Below are positions 1 to 9,840 of a DNA stretch of 64,000 nucleotides, piece after piece. Source of the DNA: a virus. The position numbers and the translations under genes were made by a program. How positions within the stretch are numbered: position 1 is the stretch's first letter; each line of letters starts with the position of its first letter. The notes under the pieces are model-generated. The model was given only the letters and a program-made list of their open reading frames with translations, searched no databases and was not told the origin of the DNA. Location of the stretch: positions 99,991 to 163,990 of IMG/VR virus record IMGVR_UViG_3300018481_000001. One strand, 5' to 3'.

Positions 1-142
1 TTTGTGTACCGAAATCCATCAGTCCCTGAACAATGCCTTCGCACTCACCGAATTCTTCGATGTGTTCCTCGGAACCGTTATTACGCATGAGCGTTTTGAG
101 AGCCTCCGACATACGTACGCGGGTGCCTGGCTTGAGGGTCAT
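1..142 (-). CDS. Hypothetical protein, partial (runs off left edge)
   Basis: ATG at 142 overlaps the upstream stop (ATGA); open to the window edge (MTLKPGTRVRMSEALK...); not in the ORF track. Confidence 0.5.
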   Translation of the reverse strand, partial: MTLKPGTRVRMSEALKTLMRNNGSEEHIEEFGECEGIVQGLMDFGTQ

Positions 143-435
143 CGGGGCGGCGTCCAGCCGGCAGCGCGGGCCTGCTGCATCCATTTGGGCTCGGGGAGCG
201 GCACGCCGCACAACGCGCGTACGACATTAGCTTTTTCTTCATGGCCTTCTTTATCCATGTCTTCAACCAAACTTTGTACAGTCGTGGGTTGGCATGCGTC
301 GCCGTGAGCCATATTCATCCAACAAATAAAATCAGAATCCACACCGTATTTCGTAGGAATGTCCCAGCCACGATTATCGTACTCATCTTCAAGAAGTATG
401 GGTAATTTTGGTTCACCTGTATAAGCGTGTTTCAA
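139..435 (-). CDS. Small hypothetical protein
   Basis: Part of track ORF 139..570; TTG at 435 lies immediately after the DinG stop, so start trimmed. Confidence 0.5.
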   Translation of the reverse strand: MKHAYTGEPKLPILLEDEYDNRGWDIPTKYGVDSDFICWMNMAHGDACQPTTVQSLVEDMDKEGHEEKANVVRALCGVPLPEPKWMQQARAAGWTPPR

Positions 436-436
436 T

Positions 437-2590
437 TTATTCTTCTTTCTTTTTATGACGTGTCCGAATAGCACGGCACATCTTTTCCAAATCAAAATGC
501 TCACGAAGACCCAATGCATCCCGTACAGCATTTCGGTATTGCAGATGGGCTCGAGAGTCGAGCAGCGCAATCACGCCGCGATCAGACTTCGCACGAATCA
601 GGCGCCCTACCCCCTGACGCAGGTCAAAGAGCATATCAGGCACACGAATTACGCGCTCTGATGCACCAGGATTACGCGCGTTCACCAATGCACAACGTGC
701 TTGGTAAATTGGGTCACTGGTATTTGGAAAGGGCAACTTGGCGACAATTACCAAAAACAGCTTGGTGCCTTGTACATCCACGCCTTCCCAAAAGCTTTTT
801 ACGCCCAGGATAGTGGCCTTGTCAGTAGCACGAAAACGCTGCAAAGCTTCTGCAGGTTTATACTCGCCTTGCGCGAACGTGGGGTACGGGTATTTTTGCT
901 CTCTGAGATATTCTTTTACGTACGTGAGCTCAGAGTTTGCAGTAAATAAGACGAAGGCGTCTCCCTCGCTAGCCAGAAGCAGCGCGAGAATTTGTTCCGC
1001 TACAGCTTTTTGGTAGATGTCGCGGCCAGGCCCTTGCCGGTTGTCTGGAACAGGTACGAGTCCAGGGGCGTGACCTGGTTTAGGGATATACAAAAACGCC
1101 TGTTTTTGAATATCAAATGGGGAGGGGAATATCAGAGCTTGGTACGGATGTCCCAAAAGTCCGACTCGACCCAAGAACGTGTCGAACGACGGGCCCAATG
1201 CCAAAGTTGCTGACAAATAAGTGATGCTGTGTTTGGGCATATAGTGCCCAATGGTGATGGGAATGCTCTTGAGTGCCGGGACCGGCCGGTTTTCTGAACG
1301 AGGCTCGTATACCCACAAACGGTATGGGTCGCCATCGAGGACGTAGTTGAACGTCTCTTGTGCTTCTTCCAGCGTTCGAAAAAACTTATCGAAATCCAAA
1401 AATCTACGCTGGTATTCGCTCGAAATCGAAAAAGACGGCTGACCTTGAGCGGCAACGCCGGTAGAATTGACCGAAGTATTTTTGTTGTATTTAACGTCTA
1501 CGTATTGATGCACGTCATTGGCAGTGCTGGCGTGCGGAAATACTTTACCAATATAACTGGGGTCCGCTGCAACATTGCGAATATTGCTGAGCTGCTGGGA
1601 GACGTTCTGCAGCATGCTTACAACATTCGGGGGCAGTGTCTGGTCTTGATTTCTCTTAGCCACTGCGAGTGCATTAAATGCGTGCTCCCAGAACGGCTCG
1701 AGAGTATCCAGTTCTGGAATTTCCAGGTTATCACCCGTAACAGCGGTGAGTTTGGCGATCTGCTTCTGCAGTTTTTCAACGGTGTCAAGCTTGGTCTCGA
1801 GCGTAAATGCCGCACGAATACCGTCTTCGACTTTATGTGCCTCATCAACAATGATGTGGTCGTAATCGCCGAGTAGCTGGGTTGCAAACTGACTATTTTT
1901 ACGGAGACGTAAATCATAGCCAAGCATCCAGTGGTTGGTAACAACGACGTCTGCTTCAAAAGTTTCGCGTTTTGCGCGAGTGTAACCGCATGTTTTGTAC
2001 AACGGGCAGCCCGGTCCAACGCAAGCAGTAGCGTTGAGCGAACGGTCAATGAAGCCCTTCTTCGAGTCCCATTCATCAAACCGCTGGTATTTGGTCTGTT
2101 GGACAAACAGCTTGTAAGTCTTGAGAGCGTGCGCGTCCTTTTCTTTTTCTTTCATGTACAGCACATCGCATGCGAAGTTAGATTTGCCGTACGCAGGAAA
2201 GAACTTGAATTCAGCGCGTGGATGTTTGAGGCGCTGGAGTTCTTTCTTGATATGCGGCAGGTCTTTTTCCATGAGCTGCGTCTGCAGGGCAATCTTGGCT
2301 GTGCTGACAACAACTCGTCGGCCACTTAAAATAGCCGGCAGTAAATAGGCGTAGCTTTTACCGATGCCTGTACCTGCTTCAAAAGCAGAGGCACCGTCTT
2401 GGATAATGCCTTGGGTGATACTGTCCGCTAAGTCGATTTGACCTTCACGTACTTCGCGAACAAACGCATAAGCGGGCTCGCGCAGGAGGTCAATGGCACT
2501 CGGGAGTTGTGTCTCTGCGCAGTAAATACAATCAAACCCGTTTGGGTATTCTGGGTTGAACGGCATAACGTGACCAGAAGGACATTGCAT
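437..2590 (-). CDS. dinG: DinG/YoaA-family Fe-S helicase (SF2) with short N-terminal Cys/His ribbon
   Basis: Walker A EAGTGIGKS, DEAH box (IIVDEAHK), Fe-S cysteines (NFAC...CVGPGCPLYKTC), FWEGVDV, QGVGRLIR; ATG at 2590. Confidence 0.9.
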   Translation of the reverse strand: MQCPSGHVMPFNPEYPNGFDCIYCAETQLPSAIDLLREPAYAFVREVREGQIDLADSITQGIIQDGASAFEAGTGIGKSYAYLLPAILSGRRVVVSTAKIALQTQLMEKDLPHIKKELQRLKHPRAEFKFFPAYGKSNFACDVLYMKEKEKDAHALKTYKLFVQQTKYQRFDEWDSKKGFIDRSLNATACVGPGCPLYKTCGYTRAKRETFEADVVVTNHWMLGYDLRLRKNSQFATQLLGDYDHIIVDEAHKVEDGIRAAFTLETKLDTVEKLQKQIAKLTAVTGDNLEIPELDTLEPFWEHAFNALAVAKRNQDQTLPPNVVSMLQNVSQQLSNIRNVAADPSYIGKVFPHASTANDVHQYVDVKYNKNTSVNSTGVAAQGQPSFSISSEYQRRFLDFDKFFRTLEEAQETFNYVLDGDPYRLWVYEPRSENRPVPALKSIPITIGHYMPKHSITYLSATLALGPSFDTFLGRVGLLGHPYQALIFPSPFDIQKQAFLYIPKPGHAPGLVPVPDNRQGPGRDIYQKAVAEQILALLLASEGDAFVLFTANSELTYVKEYLREQKYPYPTFAQGEYKPAEALQRFRATDKATILGVKSFWEGVDVQGTKLFLVIVAKLPFPNTSDPIYQARCALVNARNPGASERVIRVPDMLFDLRQGVGRLIRAKSDRGVIALLDSRAHLQYRNAVRDALGLREHFDLEKMCRAIRTRHKKKEE

Positions 2591-2625
2591 ATTTTCTTTT
2601 ACCACTTTTCTCGGTGTTTGTCGCG

Positions 2626-2631
2626 TATACT
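2626..2631 (+). promoter_or_regulatory. Putative -10 hexamer TATACT, 6 nt before ATG (leaderless-type start)
   Basis: Same spacing recurs at 25219, 32013 and 60487; no Shine-Dalgarno before this ATG. Confidence 0.5.
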
Positions 2632-2637
2632 GCCGCC

Positions 2638-3246
2638 ATGACAACCACACGCGCACCTGTAATTGGGTCTTACCGACGAGAAGCCTCAGAAGAGGTCAAG
2701 AAAACTACATCCACAGCAACGCAGACGTCTTCTGCATTGTCTGAGGGAATTAAGGAAGACCTTAAAGACACGCTCGAACAAAACAAAGCGGGCGCTGAAA
2801 AGGCTAAAACGTATGAGGAGATTCTAGCCGAAAATAATATCTCTCGTGAAAGGGCACATCTCGTTGTCGATGCTCTTTTGGAGAAAGGATATTATGAAGA
2901 GACGTATCAAATTAAACTCCCTGCGTCTTCATCTGTCACTGTTACATTACGCACGCGTACGCAAGCGGACTACATTCGATTTTTGCAGGCACTTGAGGCT
3001 AATGCGCCTAGATATGTTGAAGAGCAGCGCGAACTTCAAGCGCGATATTATTTGGCTGCATCGTTAGTTTCGTTTCGTGGTCAAACGTTCCCAGCGGATA
3101 CCGCTGAAAAACCTGCTTTTGAAGCTAAGATGGATTGGTTGGAAAAGCAGCCCGAGCGTATTATCGCATTGCTGACCAATCGTCTTGCGGTATTCGACCG
3201 AGAGATCAACCTCATTATGAATGAGGGTGCCGTCGAAAATTTTTAG
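2638..3246 (+). CDS. Tail assembly chaperone (lambda G-like position)
   Basis: Directly upstream of the tape measure; ends GAA AAT TTT TAG with a slippery heptamer; ATG at 2638. Confidence 0.75.
   Translation: MTTTRAPVIGSYRREASEEVKKTTSTATQTSSALSEGIKEDLKDTLEQNKAGAEKAKTYEEILAENNISRERAHLVVDALLEKGYYEETYQIKLPASSSVTVTLRTRTQADYIRFLQALEANAPRYVEEQRELQARYYLAASLVSFRGQTFPADTAEKPAFEAKMDWLEKQPERIIALLTNRLAVFDREINLIMNEGAVENF
3237..3243 (+). promoter_or_regulatory. Programmed -1 ribosomal frameshift site A AAT TTT
   Basis: X XXY YYZ heptamer directly before the TAG; the -1 frame is open (TTT TTA GCA ACC CCC ACA GGC ACG TTG...) into ORF 3264..3695. Confidence 0.8.
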
Positions 3247-3695
3247 CAACCCCCACAGGCACGTTGCGCGCGGAGATGTTCCTGCGTGGCGTGGCAGTGC
3301 GGGGGATGCCAGCACGCGGTTCGATACAAGACCGTATCGCTTGTGAGATGCTGTTTCGTGAGCGACGACGGACGGTTGCGACCCACACCTACCTGGGTCG
3401 AATCTTCGCGTCAGGTCTTCATCTGCCTGAAAAACTCCTACAGTTTTGGACTACGCTCTTGGCACTGGAAATCGGTCAAGAGAATTACGAGCCCAATATT
3501 ATTAAGGAGAAAGAAAAGGCCCTTATGTTCCTCGAGCAGGCGAAAAAAGACCAGACGCGAGACCATCAAAGCATGTTCCAAAAGCTGCAGAAGCTGACGG
3601 TACACGATGAGAAGCCGCGTCCTGCGACCCCTGAGGACATCGAACGGTTTAAACGACACTTGCGAAAAGCGGCCCTTCGGAACAGCAAAGCCTAA
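3240..3695 (+). CDS. Frameshift extension of the tail assembly chaperone (GT-like)
   Basis: Track ORF 3264..3695 is in the -1 frame of the upstream gene, with no stop back to the slippery site and no obvious SD. Confidence 0.7.
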   Translation, partial: FLATPTGTLRAEMFLRGVAVRGMPARGSIQDRIACEMLFRERRRTVATHTYLGRIFASGLHLPEKLLQFWTTLLALEIGQENYEPNIIKEKEKALMFLEQAKKDQTRDHQSMFQKLQKLTVHDEKPRPATPEDIERFKRHLRKAALRNSKA

Positions 3696-3698
3696 CCG

Positions 3699-6600
3699 GT
3701 GCCTGTCTTTCAAGACCAACAGGCCGTTGAGCAGCTGCTTTCTGGGCTGAATTCAATGCAAATGCAAGCGGGTTTGATGCCTGGGATGAGTCCCATGCCC
3801 AACCCGCTGGCAACTCAAACACAATACCAACAACAGCCGCCTATCCAGAGCGCGGCGCAGTTTTCTAATTATTTACGGGTACAGCATCAGGCCGATTTGT
3901 TTATGGCCTCGCCGATGTCGCCCATTTATGCAGGGGCGAGTCCTGTTGCGCGTAATCCGTATGCGCAAAGTGTTTTGCCACCGGCGCAACTAGGTTCTGG
4001 CTGGGGTATTGCACGGCAACAAACCCAAAATAATTTTAATGCCAACATTACCGGCGCGCAAACCGCCGTGGGAATCGGAGCACGGCTGGGATTAGGTAGC
4101 GTTGCAGCGACAGCGGGTGCCATGGCGGGTACCGCCTTGGGTGGTCCCATTGGCGGCGTTATTGGTGGATTTGTAGCGCCGTATATTGCAGATAGTTTTA
4201 TTGGCGAAAGTGTTGAGCGCGTCGCAACGCTGCCGTTCCGTAGTTTAATAAACCAGCGCCAGCGCGCCATGCAACTCCAACATGCAACGACGCAATTTAT
4301 GCGATCAGGGTCGGAGCTCAGCGCGTCGGGCATCGGATTGTCCAATACGGGTGCGTATGACCTAGAGCGCGGGATTACGCGCATGTCTGAGAGCACTGGT
4401 TTTCGCCGTGACACGCGCAATCAATTTAATCGACAAGACATGGTACGTATTACCCAGCTCGCTGCGCAAACGGGGTTACTCGATAATGCGCAAAGCGTGG
4501 ATCAAATCACGCGCGATATGGGAAAGATTGGTCGAGCGCTTACGACCTTTATGAAGGTGATGGATGAGCCGGATGTTCAGGCGGCAATGTCCATGATGGG
4601 TAAAATGCGTAACCTGGGCATGAATTTGCCGGAAATGGGCGTAGCAGCGCAGCATGCGCGTTCATTTGCACGGATGGCCGGAACGAACGTTCAGAACGTA
4701 ATGCAAGCGGGCATGCAAGGCGCGCAAATGTTCCAGGGCATGGGACTGAGCGGCGCTACCGGCTTGGCCACAGGAATGGCTGCAGTGGGTAATGCGGGTA
4801 TTTTGAGTGGTATGTTAGACCCGCGCCAATTGGCAATGCTGGGTGGTCGCGAAGGAATTACACAAAACCTTACCGCTGCAGCAGGTAACGTTTCGAATCT
4901 CGATGTTTTGTTGCCAGGTCTTTTGCGCAAGGGCAAAGGAGGCTTGGAAATTGACCAAGAGGCAATGCTGGGCCTGGCTAGTGGAAAACGAGACATTCAA
5001 GGAATGGTGCGCGAAAGCGCGCGGCGCATGGCCGGCTTTGGGCCACGTGGCTTTGTAGAGGAATATTCTACGCGCAAAAATGAATTGCGTGATCAATTGA
5101 TGGGTGCGTTCGGAGGCCAAGGCGCGATTTTGGCCCCCATGATGATCGCGCAAGGAATTGCGGCCACAGGTGCTACGGATTTCCGTGGTGGTCTGCGGCT
5201 ACAAGGTTTGAGCGAGGAGCAAGCGCGTACTATCGAGCTTGCGCGCACTCCTGAGTTTTTTCAGCGCATGCGCGCTCAAGCTGATAACCAAATGGAGCGC
5301 CGTCGTACGGAAGTAGATCGCCGTCGCGCTTCTTTTGAAGAAGCTAACGAAGCACGAAATCAGCGGTTAATGGCCAGCGTTGGTATTTCGGCTGTACGGC
5401 GACAAGGGCGGCTCCTAGGCCGTCAATTTGATAATTTTTTCCGAGAATTTGCTGGCGAAGACCAAGACACTGAGGAGCAACGGTTGTTTCTTGGTGGTGG
5501 CGATGTTTTGGCCCGTGCGCCCACCGGCAGCCTAGGTACCGAGGAACAGCTGCGTACCATTACGGAGCGTCTGGGCACAGCCGAAGGTCGAACACGTATC
5601 GCCGGCCGCATGACAGATTTAAATGCCACGCGTTTTCAACGAAATCGGGACCGCGACGAAACCTTAGAGAGGCAGGAACGTCAGCGCCGCACGATGTCGA
5701 TGTTTATGACGGCACCCGTCGCGAATTTGATTGATTCGTTTAGAGGAGAATCGGGTTTCTCATTATTTGATGATAGCCGTGGGTCTATCGGAAATCGTCG
5801 AGTATTGCGTAGAAACCAGTCTCGAGGAGCTCAGTGGGCTTTTGCCTTGGGTGCAGAGGACCTGGATGAAGAGCACGTTAAATCGCGTACGTGGGAAACG
5901 ATTCGTGGTGGAGAGCTTTTGCAGGAATCACGGACCCAAGGATTTAGTCGTGAGCGCAGTGCGGCTACCGAGCGTGCCTCGGGAATTACAGGCCGTGGGC
6001 AATATGATGAAGCAACTGCGGTGGCAGCGGCTGCTGCTAATCAATACATGAATGAACTAGGTTCGGGTTATTTCTCAAATAATAAAGGTTTTTCGCTCGA
6101 CGCTATGCGTAAACAAGTTTCGACTGCGCTGCAGACAACGCGGCGTATGTCTGAAAAAGATGCAAATCGTTTCGCCCAGAGCGACGCTATTACTCGAGAA
6201 TACCTCCGCCTTGGAGAAGGTGGCCGTACTGCAGAAGCACGTGCTGTGGCAGCCGCTGCAGAGTCTGCGGGTGGTGACCTCAAAGGTCTTGCTGGGGTGC
6301 GCGGTGATACGGTCACTGAAGAAATTGTCAATGCATCGCGCAACAAAGTTCTCGGGCGTTTGGGCATTAATTCTAGTGAATTGGAAACTTCGCAGGCCAA
6401 ACAGTTGCTCAATATTATGAGTGGTACCGGCGAAGAAGGTGCTATTCGTCGAAAGCTTTTTCAAGCACGCGCGCTGGCTGCAAGTGGCACGACAGAAGGT
6501 CAGCGAAAAGCAGCCATCCTGCAGCGTGAAGTCGAGCGCAGTGGGTTGTCGGAAGAAAAAATAGCTGAACTATCAGCAGCTGTGGCTGGCGTCGCCGATT

Positions 6601-7235
6601 CTTTTGACCGCGATGATATGAAGCAAATTGGTGATTATCTCGGGACCGAAAAGAATTGGAAAGGACGCGCTGCGAATGAAGCGGGCCTGGGTGAAGACGC
6701 TGACACAACGCGTGCGTTGGTGTTCGAGAATGCGCTCAATAAAAAGCTCGGTAAACAAGGCGCAGCGCAGTATCGCCGTGGTTTGGCCAGCGGCACGTCT
6801 GCCAAGCTCCTACAAAAATACCTTGAGACAGGTGGCAAGCTCGAGGGAAATACACTCACGGATGAACAGCTCAAGCGTGCCAAAGAAGGCAAACTTGGTG
6901 CAGACGAGATTCGCGACGAAGCCCTCGGCACAGTTTCACAAGGCGCCAAGAGCGTCATCGAAGGCGGCAGTGTCTCGGGTGGTTCGGAACCCACGTCTCA
7001 AGAACGCTTTGGAGCGCAGCTTATCGATACACTAAGCCAAGGCCTCCAGCGCGATGCACAAATGATGCAGGGTTCCTTTTCGAAGCTCGATGGCGCGGCT
7101 GATAAAATGATAGAAGCCGCCACGACCATCAATACAGTCATGGGCGGTCTTGTGAATAAAAAAGACGAAGCGGCTTTGAACAGTGCACGCAGTGCCGCTG
7201 AGCGTGTAAGTCAAAACCAAAGCATGTTGGAGTAA
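3699..7235 (+). CDS. Tail tape measure protein
   Basis: 1178 aa, Ala/Gly/Gln/Met-rich and helical-looking; follows the frameshifted chaperone pair and precedes baseplate genes. Confidence 0.8.
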   Translation: MPVFQDQQAVEQLLSGLNSMQMQAGLMPGMSPMPNPLATQTQYQQQPPIQSAAQFSNYLRVQHQADLFMASPMSPIYAGASPVARNPYAQSVLPPAQLGSGWGIARQQTQNNFNANITGAQTAVGIGARLGLGSVAATAGAMAGTALGGPIGGVIGGFVAPYIADSFIGESVERVATLPFRSLINQRQRAMQLQHATTQFMRSGSELSASGIGLSNTGAYDLERGITRMSESTGFRRDTRNQFNRQDMVRITQLAAQTGLLDNAQSVDQITRDMGKIGRALTTFMKVMDEPDVQAAMSMMGKMRNLGMNLPEMGVAAQHARSFARMAGTNVQNVMQAGMQGAQMFQGMGLSGATGLATGMAAVGNAGILSGMLDPRQLAMLGGREGITQNLTAAAGNVSNLDVLLPGLLRKGKGGLEIDQEAMLGLASGKRDIQGMVRESARRMAGFGPRGFVEEYSTRKNELRDQLMGAFGGQGAILAPMMIAQGIAATGATDFRGGLRLQGLSEEQARTIELARTPEFFQRMRAQADNQMERRRTEVDRRRASFEEANEARNQRLMASVGISAVRRQGRLLGRQFDNFFREFAGEDQDTEEQRLFLGGGDVLARAPTGSLGTEEQLRTITERLGTAEGRTRIAGRMTDLNATRFQRNRDRDETLERQERQRRTMSMFMTAPVANLIDSFRGESGFSLFDDSRGSIGNRRVLRRNQSRGAQWAFALGAEDLDEEHVKSRTWETIRGGELLQESRTQGFSRERSAATERASGITGRGQYDEATAVAAAAANQYMNELGSGYFSNNKGFSLDAMRKQVSTALQTTRRMSEKDANRFAQSDAITREYLRLGEGGRTAEARAVAAAAESAGGDLKGLAGVRGDTVTEEIVNASRNKVLGRLGINSSELETSQAKQLLNIMSGTGEEGAIRRKLFQARALAASGTTEGQRKAAILQREVERSGLSEEKIAELSAAVAGVADSFDRDDMKQIGDYLGTEKNWKGRAANEAGLGEDADTTRALVFENALNKKLGKQGAAQYRRGLASGTSAKLLQKYLETGGKLEGNTLTDEQLKRAKEGKLGADEIRDEALGTVSQGAKSVIEGGSVSGGSEPTSQERFGAQLIDTLSQGLQRDAQMMQGSFSKLDGAADKMIEAATTINTVMGGLVNKKDEAALNSARSAAERVSQNQSMLE

Positions 7236-7238
7236 CGC

Positions 7239-7433
7239 ATGTCTGACCGTATTCTCTACCCGAATGCCATCGACTATTTCCGCATTGTCCACCACAACAT
7301 GGTGAGCAACGCATTTGCGAGAAAGTCGTCGTACGTACTGCTACCGTCTATCTATAACCGTGCATATATCGTTGTTCATCAAACGGGAGAATTGCCTGTC
7401 ACGGAGGATTTCGTGGCACCCGACGAGGCATAA
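7239..7433 (+). CDS. Small hypothetical protein
   Basis: 64 aa; GGAG upstream; TAATG coupling to the next gene. Confidence 0.55.
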   Translation: MSDRILYPNAIDYFRIVHHNMVSNAFARKSSYVLLPSIYNRAYIVVHQTGELPVTEDFVAPDEA

Positions 7434-7648
7434 TGGGTAAGACAGAGAAACGCTTACTAGAGTTTAAAACAAACACTGGCACTTATTCGAAGGAAGCGCG
7501 TATGGCACGTGACCAAGCCCGCACGCAAGCGCACAATCAATTGAATTACGAAGCGCCGCCCGACACTTGTTTTCGGTGCGGCGTATTTCAATTCAAAGAA
7601 AATTTGTTTTGCCCTCGTTGTGGGACCGCACGCGGAAAGGGTAAGTAA
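7433..7648 (+). CDS. Small zinc-ribbon protein
   Basis: CFRCG...CPRCG; abuts neighbours on both sides. Confidence 0.65.
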   Translation: MGKTEKRLLEFKTNTGTYSKEARMARDQARTQAHNQLNYEAPPDTCFRCGVFQFKENLFCPRCGTARGKGK

Positions 7649-8776
7649 ATGCCAGGCCCTGGGATACTGACAGGCGGTCAGCGGACTGAAATTTTTCAGA
7701 CGAATGCGTCTGCGCGCGCACCGCAACCCCAGGGCATATTTGCAGCAAACCCAGGGTCCACCTCGAAATACACGTTTAATGCGCCGGGACGTACTCGCGA
7801 TGGTGAATACCGCGAAACGATGTCACGACTGTTTATTGAGATCCCCTCTGATCCACCGGGTCTGCAGAGTGCATTTTTGGCCAGTGTGTCGGAGGAGGCG
7901 CGACCGCTGGCCAAAGCACTTTTGAGTGGCAGTGGGTCGGGCGGTGCAGGCGGTACGGGGTTTGTTGATTTTTTATTGACCGAAGCACAAGAAGGCTTCG
8001 CTGAGAAATTACAAATTGCCGATACGCTGACAGACAACTATGTGGCCTATTTTTCGGGTCGCGAACCTGTCATGGCCAATTATGGCGGAACGCTGCTAAA
8101 TACGTATCAGGACGACCAACGCGTCTGGTTTTTTAGACTGTATGACGAAATTTTGCGTGGTACGCAGCTGGCAGCACGCGGTCTCATTGTTCGTCTTCGT
8201 TACGACAGTTTTTTGGTTTCAGGGTATTTACTGAACCTCAATATGTTTTTGGACGGCGATACGGAGCGAACTGCCTCACGGTTCAGTTTCCAGATGCTCG
8301 TCAAGCGCCTGCAGGTCATGACGCCTGCTCTCGCTTCACCAACCCAAATGCCGACCGCAGGAGGCACTGGGGCGGAGGCAGGAGGGGTCTATGACCAGCG
8401 GGAAGGCACCACCATGCCCGAGTCGCCACCCACAGCGGTGGATGGCCCTGCAGCGGAGCCCTTGCAAGCCGGCGCTACGATTTCCACACGTGAACAGCTT
8501 CTGGCGCAGGGAAAAACCGAAGCAGAAATTAATGACGTGCTGGCCAAACAAGCCGCCATGCGCACGACGTCTGCTGTGGATATTCGAGAAGAAGCAGTCG
8601 TGGCACTGCAACAAGGCCTAAATCGCATCACCGAAGATGCTGTTACCAAACTAAGTAAAAATGAAGCGAATATCACGGCACCTATTATGGAATACCAGGA
8701 GCCGGCAAACACCAACAGCGTGACTGAGGTCGCACTTGTAAAAACAAGCGGCCAACGTCGGCGTGGGGGAGCTTAA
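7649..8776 (+). CDS. Putative tail/baseplate structural protein
   Basis: 375 aa between the tape measure and hub genes; function from position only. Confidence 0.55.
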   Translation: MPGPGILTGGQRTEIFQTNASARAPQPQGIFAANPGSTSKYTFNAPGRTRDGEYRETMSRLFIEIPSDPPGLQSAFLASVSEEARPLAKALLSGSGSGGAGGTGFVDFLLTEAQEGFAEKLQIADTLTDNYVAYFSGREPVMANYGGTLLNTYQDDQRVWFFRLYDEILRGTQLAARGLIVRLRYDSFLVSGYLLNLNMFLDGDTERTASRFSFQMLVKRLQVMTPALASPTQMPTAGGTGAEAGGVYDQREGTTMPESPPTAVDGPAAEPLQAGATISTREQLLAQGKTEAEINDVLAKQAAMRTTSAVDIREEAVVALQQGLNRITEDAVTKLSKNEANITAPIMEYQEPANTNSVTEVALVKTSGQRRRGGA

Positions 8777-8778
8777 TC

Positions 8779-9840
8779 ATGGCGGACTGGCGTTCACGCT
8801 GGGGACTATTTCCATGGGGGCTGTATGCGCAAGAGCCGCTCGACGCACCCACCACAGACCGGCCGACTGAATTAGTAAATCTCGCACTGGCGCATCGCTG
8901 GGGTTTTGACCCGTGGGGCATATTAGGCTCAAAAGAGCCGCCCCCAGTTGTCATTGTAGACACACCGATTAATACAAATCCCATTGGACCTTGGGGTTTG
9001 TATCCTTGGGGTCGCAGTCAAAGACCCCATTACGCTGTCCCGACGGTATTACCTCAAATAACCTACCGTGCACCAGCATCCGGTCAGGTAGAGGTATTTC
9101 CGACAGACACACTACATATCCATTTTTTCCACGCCAATGGACTGCTCGATCCTACGAGTGCGCTGGTATACGTAAACGATACCCTGGTGTTCGACGGAAT
9201 ATTTGGATTTGCGCCGTATATTACAGGCAGCGTAACGTTCAGCACCAAAGAAATAACGCTAGTCATTAAACCGGTTCAAGGATTTACGTACGGAAAATGG
9301 ACCAAGATTCGTGCAATTATGTCCGATACGGAAGGGCATGTTGTCAATGAAGCTTGGCAGTTTTTGGTACAGGACGACCCGCAGTGTTACACAGGGCTAG
9401 GGGTTTTACCGGTTGAAACGCGGCTACAGCGGCCCTTGACTACCTTTATTGCAATGGAGCATTTGCGAGCGGCACTGCTTGACTGTGTCGTGCCAGCAAA
9501 AATAACGCCTATTCGCAATCGCGATAACAAAGCGGCGCGCGTTATTTATCAAACTGCTTTCTTGACCGAACTGTCGACCATTCAGAACAAATTCAGCATT
9601 AAAAATGCTGCTGCGCTCGAGGTCACGGTTTGTGAAAAAGAAAACATTCTTCGAATTGACCAGGCTATGGCGCAGCATAAGAACCTGGCGATCGCAGGAA
9701 TCGCGGAGTTTCGTGATTATGGCATTTTGTCGGAGTCCTATACGAAGGGATTCTTAGCGTATATGGATTCCACTCGATATCTCTATCGTACGAGCTTGCT
9801 CGCAAATCTCGTACTTTATGCGGCGGCTCATGAACTCTGA
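8779..9840 (+). CDS. Putative virion structural protein with N-terminal WGxxPWG repeats
   Basis: WGLFPWG, WGFDPWG, WGLYPWG; GGAG SD; in the tail operon. Confidence 0.6.
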   Translation: MADWRSRWGLFPWGLYAQEPLDAPTTDRPTELVNLALAHRWGFDPWGILGSKEPPPVVIVDTPINTNPIGPWGLYPWGRSQRPHYAVPTVLPQITYRAPASGQVEVFPTDTLHIHFFHANGLLDPTSALVYVNDTLVFDGIFGFAPYITGSVTFSTKEITLVIKPVQGFTYGKWTKIRAIMSDTEGHVVNEAWQFLVQDDPQCYTGLGVLPVETRLQRPLTTFIAMEHLRAALLDCVVPAKITPIRNRDNKAARVIYQTAFLTELSTIQNKFSIKNAAALEVTVCEKENILRIDQAMAQHKNLAIAGIAEFRDYGILSESYTKGFLAYMDSTRYLYRTSLLANLVLYAAAHEL

